Source: a virus. From it: a stretch of 64,000 nucleotides of DNA. The DNA lies in IMG/VR virus record IMGVR_UViG_3300025133_000026. One strand, 5' to 3'. A program made the translations under genes and the position numbers. The stretch's first letter is position 1. Each line of letters begins with the position of its first letter. Below, one piece after another: positions 56,801-63,979 of this stretch. Below the pieces are notes generated by a model that worked only from the letters and a program-made list of their open reading frames with translations, was not told where the DNA came from and did no database searches.

Positions 56801-57407
56801 AGAGGACAGGGTCTCTTACAATTCTCAATTGTTCTATTTCTTCTTCTGTCAGTTCTTTGACTAGTTCTCTTTTTAAATCATAACTTTCAGGAATAAAATC
56901 ACACTTGACAAGAAAGGCAGTTAATGCTTTCCAAGGAATCCATCCTTCGATCTTCTGGGTTCTGCTCGAAAAGCCACCCTTGCATGTCTGGCATACAGCA
57001 TCAGAGATTTGTTGCTTACTTTCTCGATAGACCCTTGTGTGGTCTTGGTCATTTTGACAAATACCATAATAAACAGAAGTTCCCACCAAGCATTTGTCTT
57101 TGTGCTTTTCTTTCAGAATTACTCTCTGGCCTTTGCGCAGTCGCCCAATCTTTTCTTTGAATTGATCATCCCCAAAAACGTTTACTCCCCTTACAGAAAT
57201 TTGGTATTCATTCCTTCCAGCATATTTTTGCAAGTGATCCATCTGACAAACTACACAGGAATTGTCAATATTCTTCGTTTTAATATTGTATTTTTCTTTG
57301 AAAAACTCTACCAAATCAGAACTAGGACGCATAGAATAGTCTAGGTAAGCTACCCCGTATTCGTTCTCCATGTAAAGATATTTCATATCCTCGTGAAGAT
57401 AGTCCAT
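53880..57407 (-). CDS. terL: Terminase large subunit with intein (1175 aa precursor)
   Basis: Walker A VSRAGRRSGKT; Walker B LILLDEA restored after splicing; FMQEYMA; nuclease IGVDWN and DHRLDAL. Confidence 0.95.
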   Translation of the reverse strand: MDYLHEDMKYLYMENEYGVAYLDYSMRPSSDLVEFFKEKYNIKTKNIDNSCVVCQMDHLQKYAGRNEYQISVRGVNVFGDDQFKEKIGRLRKGQRVILKEKHKDKCLVGTSVYYGICQNDQDHTRVYRESKQQISDAVCQTCKGGFSSRTQKIEGWIPWKALTAFLVKCDFIPESYDLKRELVKELTEEEIEQLRIVRDPVLWAKKVLGVDFRDHQRVVAKCTAKYRVSRAGRRSGKTFEECVSTLRKAITAYVKSDEVDAAGTPIMRGPRILVVSPFLAQISMIFEEIKKLVSRNPDIKLVRNVKTPYHELVFTNGATIKGFTTGASTGQNASTLRGQCLSGETLVWMADGSRKKISNIEKNDLILSVTNNGKVVTSMVSKVFDTTEKEKYEVRLRSGRSLVCSKDHRLLSSTVTRGIRKKYSELGKSTFSWNKLKDLKKSNHLATVKNFTLDKQGVHFTEEEALFVGLMAGDGSCGRKAIKHSSVRFTVANKRIESLFCSILDNWDVDWSSYQKENSKAVDIRIKAPRTRNIEIAELLDDAGIWGSLAPEKKLSSKLLASGPAVRAALLRGLIATDGWLVAKNKQVEIGFTSTSCDLASQFLQLVTSFGVFGTLRTREKYLKGKKHKRQYVVTIRSVNEAKRLLKSIGLIPGKEEKSKEILSLANSAGFPNMSFNDLRYDAIKSIKSKGVDTLYDIEVWGTHNFIVNDGVVVHNSADLILLDEADFMPAEDIKQVVQPIQATTPDVAVMSSSTPTGKREWFYNQCTGSAHVKEFYFPSTVLDHWDQVKDEIEAEGTDETSFMQEYMAVFIDQVAGMYSPRHVAEAEKPYSYGQIAKVTVGDKKYSLNRREPSWIYSIGVDWNTNAGVEVVVTGLNPDAPDFEFWVVEAVNISKQNYQQHKAMEVIIDLNQKWSPKFIYVDRGYGGSQIESLQAWSHKQRFVNPGSEGAALYDRLKAYDFGSKVEYRNPVTRRREKTHAKAFLIQNSVRQFEQGRIRFSYKDITLHKQLLNYIQDGISPTGIPRYGMNDAKVGDHRLDALNLALIAYILEMSDYAPRLMSSPNVGFTEGIGARFANNDGPLPKEAMDDFKKNFPGGAGMPGFLEVNYDPGYVQQREHQRRQAQPGGRSFERTPQGHAGTIRSGWGSDTEWKHTKKATSRSSGIRRRGKPKRGKI
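55260..56390 (-). mobile_element. Intein with LAGLIDADG homing endonuclease (377 aa) in terL
   Basis: N-splice LRGQ/CLSGETLVWMADG; C-splice YDIEV...NFIVNDGVVVHN/SAD; LAGLIDADG blocks FVGLMAGDGS and LLRGLIATDGW. Confidence 0.95.
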
Positions 57408-58195
57408 TAAATTCCTCTGAAACTTGAGATTGCTTGATATGAAGCCTCTTGTCCAAAAGCACTTCTTGCATTGATGTGAGAGCGTTGAATAGCCTGCACA
57501 CTTCTTTGTCTCATCGTCGTTGCGCCTCTGGTCTGGAAACTAGCTAGACTGCCAGCCGTTTCTAATGGAAGCTTACTCTTCCTGTACATTGCACTTCGAC
57601 TTGTCTGTGAGGTTATAAAACCAACCCCCATTGTCGTCATAGCGGCTGGGAGCAGCACAGTCCCTGCAGTGCGGAGCGCCATTGGACCCATAGAGCGCGC
57701 CGCCGCCTGAACCTTGCCTGCTTTCCAGGCGTTTACCAGTCCAACGACCGCGTGCTCTCCAACAGCGGCCCCGACAATACCCTTTCCTAGGCCTTGTCCA
57801 GCTCCAATGAAGCCACCCTCTCGGTAGCCCTGTACGGTACTTCCTGCCAGGAACAAAGGACCAGCTGCAGCTCTTAGTCCAGTGCCTGCAACCCCCATGG
57901 CGCGCTGGCCCCAGGTTGAGCCTGCCCAGGTTCTACCTGTTTTAAGGCCAACAGTAATCGGGCCGGGATCTCGAAGATTTGAAAGGCGGAAGGCTTCCTG
58001 CGCAGTCGGGAATCGCCCCATAAGAGTTGCGATACCTGGCTCAAGCGCCTTTCCAATATGACTAAAAGCTACCTTTCCTGTCTGGGGCATATGGCTCTGG
58101 TAGGCTGCTTTTACTTGACGCCATTGTTGAGGATTGGCTATTTCTTCTCCCGCCGCCATTCCTGCGGCCCCGAAGCTGGATGCCCAATCACTCAT
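57407..58195 (-). CDS. Gly/Ala-rich basic protein, possible ejection/internal head protein (262 aa)
   Basis: Composition; C-terminal TMRQRSVQAIQRSHINARSAFGQEA. Confidence 0.45.
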   Translation of the reverse strand: MSDWASSFGAAGMAAGEEIANPQQWRQVKAAYQSHMPQTGKVAFSHIGKALEPGIATLMGRFPTAQEAFRLSNLRDPGPITVGLKTGRTWAGSTWGQRAMGVAGTGLRAAAGPLFLAGSTVQGYREGGFIGAGQGLGKGIVGAAVGEHAVVGLVNAWKAGKVQAAARSMGPMALRTAGTVLLPAAMTTMGVGFITSQTSRSAMYRKSKLPLETAGSLASFQTRGATTMRQRSVQAIQRSHINARSAFGQEASYQAISSFRGI

Positions 58196-58704
58196 TATCT
58201 ACCCCCTCTCCGGAGCTTATTTAAAGCAAGTGGAAGACCTTGTGTTCCTCCACTGCGATTTCTTCTCAATCTTCTTCTTGAGAAGGTCATCATCTCTGCT
58301 TGTTGAAAGTTAGCTGCTCTTCTTGACTGAAGCATTGTTTTTCCCAACTTATCTAGGTGTTTTGCCATAGCATAGTTTTGTTGAGAGCCTGTTGCTGTAC
58401 CACTGAATAACGCGTAGCTTGATGTTCCCACCATGGCGGTGCCAGCAACTCTCCCCACCCATTTGTTTTGGCTACCTGTTAAAAAGTGTCTTGTTCCTGT
58501 GCTTGCAAAATTGTAACCTTCCATAGCCCCACCACCAACATGATCAGCTAATTCTTTCGAATATCTTGCTCCTGTCTTTGCATGACCATAGCCTGCTGTG
58601 AGTGTTCTCTTTCCAACATTATATCCTGTTGTGAGTGCTCTTTTTCCAGCACTACCCCAGGCGGTCGCTTTTGTCGCCCCACTTTTTATCCAACCAAACA
58701 TCAA
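58195..58704 (-). CDS. Small Gly-rich basic protein (169 aa)
   Basis: ORF track; short internal repeat KRALTTGY/KRTLTAGY; Arg-rich tail. Confidence 0.45.
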   Translation of the reverse strand: MMFGWIKSGATKATAWGSAGKRALTTGYNVGKRTLTAGYGHAKTGARYSKELADHVGGGAMEGYNFASTGTRHFLTGSQNKWVGRVAGTAMVGTSSYALFSGTATGSQQNYAMAKHLDKLGKTMLQSRRAANFQQAEMMTFSRRRLRRNRSGGTQGLPLALNKLRRGGR

Positions 58705-60794
58705 CTACCTCCTTTTGAATGTCCTATAGGGGATTTTAACATGCGCAATGCAGCATCCTTCTGAAGACGAGACATCTTCTGTTTTCTAAGGTTTGTTTTT
58801 CTTAGAAGATTTTGTCTTCGAATCTTCTCTGGGTCATTGCCCAATAGATTCATTCTTCTTTTTATCGGCTTTTCAAGAAGTGTTTTTCTTACCCCAAGCC
58901 CGCCCGGCAGTGGCGGCAATTTGTTTAATTCCTCTGCCGCTGTCTTGGCTGCTCTCCTGATGGGTTCGGGGTAAGTTTGAAAACTATCTTTGTTTTTTCT
59001 AAAAAAGGATAAAAGGAATCCCTTTATTTGGCTTGACACCCCCTCAGACCTTAATTCTTTTCTAAACTGAGGGTAGCCACCAAAAATAAATCCTCTTTCT
59101 TGTTCTTGTCCAACAAGTGCTAAAAATTCATGATGAGCTGCAATACCAGACTCTGTTGAGTTTCTGGTTTTTGTATTCCAACGCCAAGCATCTTCAATGA
59201 TTTCACTGATGTCGGCATCTTTGACAAAACCCTCTAGGAAAGTTTCTTCCCTGGCTCCAGTGCGTTTTCTAGGCTGACTCCAAAAATGTTCCCTTACTTT
59301 TTGGTGCACTCTTTCATGGGCAATAATTTGCCTGAGCTCTTCTCCTCGAAGATCTTTTCTGATTAATGAAAAAGTATTAAATCCAGACTTTTCTGCTTCG
59401 AAAATGGAAGAGAACAAAGAAGAAACTTCTTCTTGTAGTTTGCTGCCTTGCTTTACATCTACTTCCGATAATCGTTTTTTTAAGGTTGGCAATAAAAAAG
59501 ACAGACCCTTTGACCCTTTTCCTAAAGCTAAGCGTTGTGATAATTCTATAGAAATGGAACTTATCCCTCTCCAGCCACTACCAAACTCTGTCATCCCTTT
59601 ACGCATACCCTGGGCCCAGCCCTTATGGCTAAGCCCCTCTAGAGTATTGCGATTACTCTGGTGTCCAGAAAACGCTGCTCTGTTATGTCCACCTCTCGAA
59701 AGATTACCGAGAGACTCAAAGACAGAAAGATCTTCTGTAGTCATATATCCTTTAGCTTCGATATCCCATAGACTAAACATAATTTCAGCTTGAGTCTTAT
59801 CTTCTGCTAACCGATTCATAAGAGTATAAGTATTGAAGGTTGTGTGCTTTCCTGCTCTCTTGTCTACCTTCTGTTGGGCTTGCCAGAAGGCATGCCCCCA
59901 CATTCCCTTTTCTGTCTCGATCGCCTCGTTCCATTTTTTATAGAAGTTGCGTCTATCGATAATGGATTGTTCTGCTCTACCAAAAGGCAAATAAGACGCA
60001 GAGCCCTCGCCAACAAGACGGAGGTTGATATTCTGTCCTTGTTCGTCATAGACAACACCAACGGCACGTCCATAAGTCTCATCTTCTGGATCAAAGATAA
60101 TTGTAATATTATCTTGACTGTCAAGTATTTCCTGGAATCTTTCTCCAGCATTCTTTCCATATGGCTGGCCCCCAGCAATACGAACAGGAGACATTGGGTC
60201 AGAGTCGTGAGACTCTACTTCGGGAGCATCAATACCAGCAAGACGAATAGAGACTGCTTTTCCTGTCGGAGTTCCGAGGAGTCCTCTTTTCTTAATGAGC
60301 AGGGTGTCTGCATCTTCCGCTTTTAGTTCGTATTCGTCTTTATTCAGGGTTACATAATGAAGATCTTTCTTTGTTCCCTGGTTCAAACCTTCCCAAGTGC
60401 CGTATTCTTCATCATGAAGAGCAAGAGGCCCAAGAGTGTTGATAGAAGCAAGTTGCAGTCTTGCTTCTCGTTGCTTGGATTCAATTTCTTGTTCTAGCAA
60501 ATATCTGCGAGCGGGATCTTGCCAAATAGTTTTTTGGAATCTTTTCAGCTTCGCCCTTGGATCATCTGAGTTATAAACACCAATAATAGCGTTATATAAG
60601 CCCTGCCAGCCACTGCCAAATTGAGAATTTACTTTTCTCATAGCAGCAGCCATGCCTCCATGGATGAGGCCACTTATTTGCAGATGAGAATCTCCCCGCG
60701 TAGCGGGGCGGCGCACCTGTTCCCAAGCGTCGATCATTGTGCTCGCGCCTAGTATTTTCCCTTTTCGATTTTCATGATTAATCCAATTGAACAT
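58701..60794 (-). CDS. Polyvalent-type protein: SNase (thermonuclease) domain plus HExxH metallopeptidase-like domain (697 aa)
   Basis: DADT...RLAGIDAPE...TYGRAVG...NINLRLV.EG.A (SNase); IIAHERVH (59304-59318) with downstream HEFLA; two FGSGW-ending repeats. Confidence 0.75.
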   Translation of the reverse strand: MFNWINHENRKGKILGASTMIDAWEQVRRPATRGDSHLQISGLIHGGMAAAMRKVNSQFGSGWQGLYNAIIGVYNSDDPRAKLKRFQKTIWQDPARRYLLEQEIESKQREARLQLASINTLGPLALHDEEYGTWEGLNQGTKKDLHYVTLNKDEYELKAEDADTLLIKKRGLLGTPTGKAVSIRLAGIDAPEVESHDSDPMSPVRIAGGQPYGKNAGERFQEILDSQDNITIIFDPEDETYGRAVGVVYDEQGQNINLRLVGEGSASYLPFGRAEQSIIDRRNFYKKWNEAIETEKGMWGHAFWQAQQKVDKRAGKHTTFNTYTLMNRLAEDKTQAEIMFSLWDIEAKGYMTTEDLSVFESLGNLSRGGHNRAAFSGHQSNRNTLEGLSHKGWAQGMRKGMTEFGSGWRGISSISIELSQRLALGKGSKGLSFLLPTLKKRLSEVDVKQGSKLQEEVSSLFSSIFEAEKSGFNTFSLIRKDLRGEELRQIIAHERVHQKVREHFWSQPRKRTGAREETFLEGFVKDADISEIIEDAWRWNTKTRNSTESGIAAHHEFLALVGQEQERGFIFGGYPQFRKELRSEGVSSQIKGFLLSFFRKNKDSFQTYPEPIRRAAKTAAEELNKLPPLPGGLGVRKTLLEKPIKRRMNLLGNDPEKIRRQNLLRKTNLRKQKMSRLQKDAALRMLKSPIGHSKGGS

Positions 60795-61068
60795 TGCCTA
60801 GCATCATTTTTTTATATTCGACTTCTAAAATTTGATCTTGCCATTGCTGCTTGCTGAGTCGACGCCCACGGAAGTAATACTCAGGGCCCTCCGGTGCGTC
60901 CTTTCCAGTAACTGCGGGCCCTGAAGTACTATGAGTCAATCCATCCTGATAGTGCATAATAAAGTCCTGATCTAAAAACACAACTGCTGGCCAACCATTT
61001 GGGGCGTCTTCTAAACACCCTTCTTGATTGAAAGTATAAATGGCATTGCCGTCAAGAACTTGTTTCAT
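60778..61068 (-). CDS. Small phage protein with LHR-x-DGPA-like repeat (96 aa)
   Basis: HYQDGLTHSTSGPAV...EYYFRGRRLSKQQW. Confidence 0.55.
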   Translation of the reverse strand: MKQVLDGNAIYTFNQEGCLEDAPNGWPAVVFLDQDFIMHYQDGLTHSTSGPAVTGKDAPEGPEYYFRGRRLSKQQWQDQILEVEYKKMMLGNVQLD

Positions 61069-61082
61069 TTTTCTCCTGGTGA

Positions 61083-61892
61083 CTATTCATCATCAAAAAC
61101 ACTGAGTTCTTCGTATTCTACATCTAGAGCTTCAAGCTTTTGAATCTTCTCACTGAGTTCACTCATAGTCTTGGCAACATCAGTCTGCCAGCCTTCGTCT
61201 CCTTGCTTTAGCTTGGCTCTTGCATCTATCTTGTCTTTCCTGGTTGCAACCATAGACTTAAGGAGGTCTTGACGCATTCTATGAATCTTCTCTTTGAGAT
61301 CAAAGGCAGGGTGAATCTTAAGAGTAGTAAACTCCTCTTTGGTTATTGGGTCTTGCCCAATAGTCTCTTCTCTTAGAAGAGAACCTGCTTCATCTTTAGC
61401 TAGGAGTGCAGAAGCTCTGTAGTCGTAGATATCTAATGTAGCTATCTTAGTAACTATGGCTAAGTCTGTAGTATTCTCGGGGTTGATCTCGAACTCTTTA
61501 ACGAGGTCCATTATGTGAAGCTGAAGAATCTCTCTTTCGACAGGACATGCCCGCGCTAGAGGGAAGTGTGTGCTATTAAAGTCTGTCTGGTTAGTTGTGG
61601 GATCTTTCACCACTAAAGGACACTTATGAATAACCGGGCATTTGGGACCTGCACATATAAGAGGGACAACAGCATGCAAACCAGTCCTTAAACTAATTAT
61701 ATGATTCCGATATCTTTCTGCAGTTTCAGCATCCATGGGTACATTGTCATACTTGTCCATAGATAGCCCCAGGAACTTGTAGAACTGGTCTTTGTCTACT
61801 GCCCTTACCTGTGTAAGGTCTTTACTCACGGAGGCGATAGAGAGGGTACTGAGAGCTTCCTGTGGGGTGTTCTTGTTGTCGTCTTTACTCAT
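61083..61892 (-). CDS. Possible terminase small subunit, Cys-cluster protein (269 aa)
   Basis: ICAGPKCPVIHKCPL...CPVE, helical body and C-terminal coiled coil; upstream of terL. This is inference from synteny only. Confidence 0.35.
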   Translation of the reverse strand: MSKDDNKNTPQEALSTLSIASVSKDLTQVRAVDKDQFYKFLGLSMDKYDNVPMDAETAERYRNHIISLRTGLHAVVPLICAGPKCPVIHKCPLVVKDPTTNQTDFNSTHFPLARACPVEREILQLHIMDLVKEFEINPENTTDLAIVTKIATLDIYDYRASALLAKDEAGSLLREETIGQDPITKEEFTTLKIHPAFDLKEKIHRMRQDLLKSMVATRKDKIDARAKLKQGDEGWQTDVAKTMSELSEKIQKLEALDVEYEELSVFDDE

Positions 61893-62130
61893 TCTCTAAT
61901 TCCTTGACAAGATCTGTTAATTCTTGGTTTAATGTGCGCAAATACTTGACAAAGTCTTCTTTCTCAGAGTGTCCAAAGAACTCCTTGGTCTTCTTAGCAT
62001 ACCTGCAGGCTTTACCTAGAGTAGAGCTATCTACAAAGCCTTTATATCTATAAACATGAGTACAGTTGTTCCACTTAGAGAAACCTTGTACAAGAGAGCT
62101 AAATCTGTACATCAGATCATCTGTAGGCAT
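61885..62130 (-). CDS. Hypothetical protein (81 aa)
   Basis: ORF track; GGAA SD; fills the gap in the operon. Confidence 0.5.
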   Translation of the reverse strand: MPTDDLMYRFSSLVQGFSKWNNCTHVYRYKGFVDSSTLGKACRYAKKTKEFFGHSEKEDFVKYLRTLNQELTDLVKELENE

Positions 62131-62787
62131 TTATTTTCCTTCCGCGAAGCGAAATACACCAGAGGGGAGAAGATAGGCGGCGGTGTTACCACTACCAACG
62201 AGAGGAGGTGTAGTCTCTTCTAATAGTTTTGTTCTGACTCTTCCTCTTTTATCAATAGAAGTGTCTCTTACTTGACCGTAGGTCAGGCCTCTATGATAGG
62301 AAGGGAGGGCGATATGGACATAGTCCATTCCTAATTCTTTGTTAAAACAGTAAGAAAGCTCACCATAAAAGAGATGTATCTTCCTACAGTATTCCCAAAC
62401 ATCTCTAGCTGGAACTCCGGGAACTAAGAAATTGGCCGCGGAGCCAGTGGTATGCAAAGAAGAACCATCATATTCTCTGAGTTGTCTGTCTCTCAGGCCC
62501 CAGATGTCAAGACCTTTATAGATAACTTCTTTGTTTTTTTTATCTATAGACCTTTCTACCCAAGACATACCCTTGAGGACGACCAAAGGCCGTCCATAAA
62601 AATCAATAATAGGTTCGAGAAGATCCTCACACAAAGAAGCAAGATTGTATCTATAGTTGTTACCCCAGAGAAAGTTCTTATCTTCAAGATTGCCACCCGC
62701 AGGGGTGTGACATAAGTCCCAAAGACTAATATGGGCAGAGAGCATGTCAGCTTGGGTAAATAACCATTTGTTTTGAGTTCCTAACAC
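62131..62787 (-). CDS. Peptidase M15A-like protein, possibly degenerate (218 aa)
   Basis: LCEDLLEPI...YGRPLVV, SSLHTTGSAANF, YVHIA; GTG start with GGAGG SD. Confidence 0.6.
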   Translation of the reverse strand: MLGTQNKWLFTQADMLSAHISLWDLCHTPAGGNLEDKNFLWGNNYRYNLASLCEDLLEPIIDFYGRPLVVLKGMSWVERSIDKKNKEVIYKGLDIWGLRDRQLREYDGSSLHTTGSAANFLVPGVPARDVWEYCRKIHLFYGELSYCFNKELGMDYVHIALPSYHRGLTYGQVRDTSIDKRGRVRTKLLEETTPPLVGSGNTAAYLLPSGVFRFAEGK

Positions 62788-62821
62788 AGTCTGACCTCCT
62801 GGGAAAATATATGTTACATAG

Positions 62822-62832
62822 ATTTTATACCA
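62822..62832 (-). promoter_or_regulatory. Possible extended -10 element (TGgTATAAAAT) for the leftward operon
   Basis: Motif in the AT-rich divergent gap about 35 nt upstream of the first minus-strand gene; no convincing -35. Confidence 0.25.
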
Positions 62833-63029
62833 TATGCTGGAAACTTAGAAAAAATATATGAAAAATAGAGAATAAAAATGAAATGACTTTATAGAAAGGC
62901 GAAAATGCAAGAAATCAAAAAGAAGTGCTCTATAGGAAGGTGAAATTGTGGGGAAAATATAGGAGTAGGTATGATAGATGGGTGAGTTCCGTACTCTCGA
63001 GTTTGGAGCCCACCCCCTCTCTCACCCCA

Positions 63030-63117
63030 GTGTCCACCCCCGGACACACGCCTCTGTGCTCACCACACAGAGGTCTCTTCCCCTTCGTCTATGCCTTGGG
63101 TGAGCAAGGCAATGGAG
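63030..63117 (+). promoter_or_regulatory. Structured leader unit 0 (sequence-divergent, same kissing-loop architecture)
   Basis: Stem cctctgtg/cacagagg with loop CTCACCA; 18-nt linker; stem tgccttg/caaggca with loop GGTGAG; then ATGGAG SD. Confidence 0.75.
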
Positions 63118-63123
63118 TACAGC

Positions 63124-63327
63124 ATGTCCTCGGATATGTTCTACCGCCTCGTCCAGCTCCGGCTGGAAGCAGAGACCCGCAAGAACTCTTCGGAGTTCTT
63201 CCGGGCGCTCTACTTCCTTCGTGCCGCTGTGCACGCGGCAACCCTCGCCGCCACCGACCCCAGGCTGGTGTGGGTTGTCAACCGGCACCTGTACTCGGCT
63301 GAGCTGATCCTCAGCCGAGCGCGGTAG
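63124..63327 (+). CDS. Small hypothetical protein (67 aa, MSSDMFYRLVQLR...)
   Basis: GGAG SD 6 nt upstream of ATG 63124; GC3-rich codons; TAG at 63325-27. The track starts it at 63091, which lies inside the leader hairpin. Confidence 0.7.
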   Translation: MSSDMFYRLVQLRLEAETRKNSSEFFRALYFLRAAVHAATLAATDPRLVWVVNRHLYSAELILSRAR

Positions 63328-63465
63328 TCTTCTGCACTCCCCATCCACACCACACAGGTGTGGGTGGGGAGATCAGAGGGTGAACTCGTCCACCTCTCTC
63401 ATCTTGGTCCTGTCCCAGGATGCCACCTCACCCAGTAACTGCCATTTGACAGGATGGCAATGGAG
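63328..63465 (+). repeat. Structured leader repeat, copy 1 (138 bp)
   Basis: Direct repeat with 63569-63705 and 63835-63973; four hairpins ending at the GGAG SD. Confidence 0.95.
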
Positions 63466-63470
63466 CTCCC

Positions 63471-63563
63471 ATGTCTGACGACATGTTCGAGATCCTCCTC
63501 GCCATGGCTGGCTCAGCCATGGTGACGACGGTCTTTTGGGGGGGCATCTACCTGACTTGGTAG
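63471..63563 (+). CDS. 30-aa predicted single-pass membrane peptide MSDDMFEILLAMAGSAMVTTVFWGGIYLTW
   Basis: SD at repeat end, ATG 5 nt later, clean stop before the next repeat; below the ORF-track size cutoff. Confidence 0.65.
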   Translation: MSDDMFEILLAMAGSAMVTTVFWGGIYLTW

Positions 63564-63568
63564 ATGTC

Positions 63569-63705
63569 TCTTCTGCACTCTCCATCCACACCACACAGGT
63601 GTGGGTGGGGAGATCAGAGGATAAACTCGTCTATTCTCTCATCTTGGTCCTGTCCCAGGATGCCACCTCACCCAGTAACTGCCATTTGACAGGATGGCAA
63701 TGGAG
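63569..63705 (+). repeat. Structured leader repeat, copy 2 (137 bp)
   Basis: Differs from copy 1 only at stem positions, by compensatory or G-U-preserving changes. Confidence 0.95.
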
Positions 63706-63710
63706 TCAAC

Positions 63711-63824
63711 ATGTCTAACAACATCGTTGAGCGCCTCAACCTGGCCATCCTGACGGGTGGTCTGGGCATGATCGTCGCAATCTGCGGCATTCATGCCCTT
63801 GGGGCGGTTCTCCGGGCCATGTAG
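63711..63824 (+). CDS. 37-aa predicted single-pass membrane peptide MSNNIVERLNLAILTGGLGMIVAICGIHALGAVLRAM
   Basis: SD at repeat end; hydrophobic core; stop 10 nt before the next repeat. Confidence 0.65.
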   Translation: MSNNIVERLNLAILTGGLGMIVAICGIHALGAVLRAM

Positions 63825-63834
63825 CCCGGGGAAC

Positions 63835-63973
63835 CTTCTGCACTCCCCATCCACACCACACAGGTGTGGGTGGGGAGATCAGAGGGTGAACTCGTCCACC
63901 TCTCTCATCACAGCTCTGTCCTGTGATGCCACACAACTCAGTAACTGCCATTTGACAGAGGAATGGTTTGGAG
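63835..63973 (+). repeat. Structured leader repeat, copy 3
   Basis: 5' part identical to copy 1; 3' hairpins diverged with compensatory changes. Confidence 0.95.
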
Positions 63974-63979
63974 TACATC

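Noticed and set aside
1351-62715. Numerous short plus-strand and nested minus-strand ORFs
   Set aside because: They are antisense or off-frame shadows of long, tightly coupled minus-strand genes, with no motifs or ribosome-binding sites.
1-62787. Genome-wide stop-codon reassignment
   Set aside because: Genes are full length and abut under the standard code, and TAA, TAG and TGA all occur as genuine stops.
63328-63465. Hammerhead, twister, pistol ribozyme or cobalamin riboswitch identity
   Set aside because: No CUGANGA/GAAA core, twister or pistol consensus, or B12 box was found by eye on either strand. A covariance search is still needed to exclude these fully.
63446-63475. TTGACA in the repeats as a sigma70 -35 box
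   Set aside because: No -10 hexamer 16-18 nt downstream. It is absent from unit 0 and is explained by loop-loop complementarity.
63328-63973. CRISPR array interpretation of the repeats
   Set aside because: The repeats are about 138 bp, far longer than CRISPR repeats. The spacers are unequal-length ORFs with SD, start and stop, and no cas genes are in the window.
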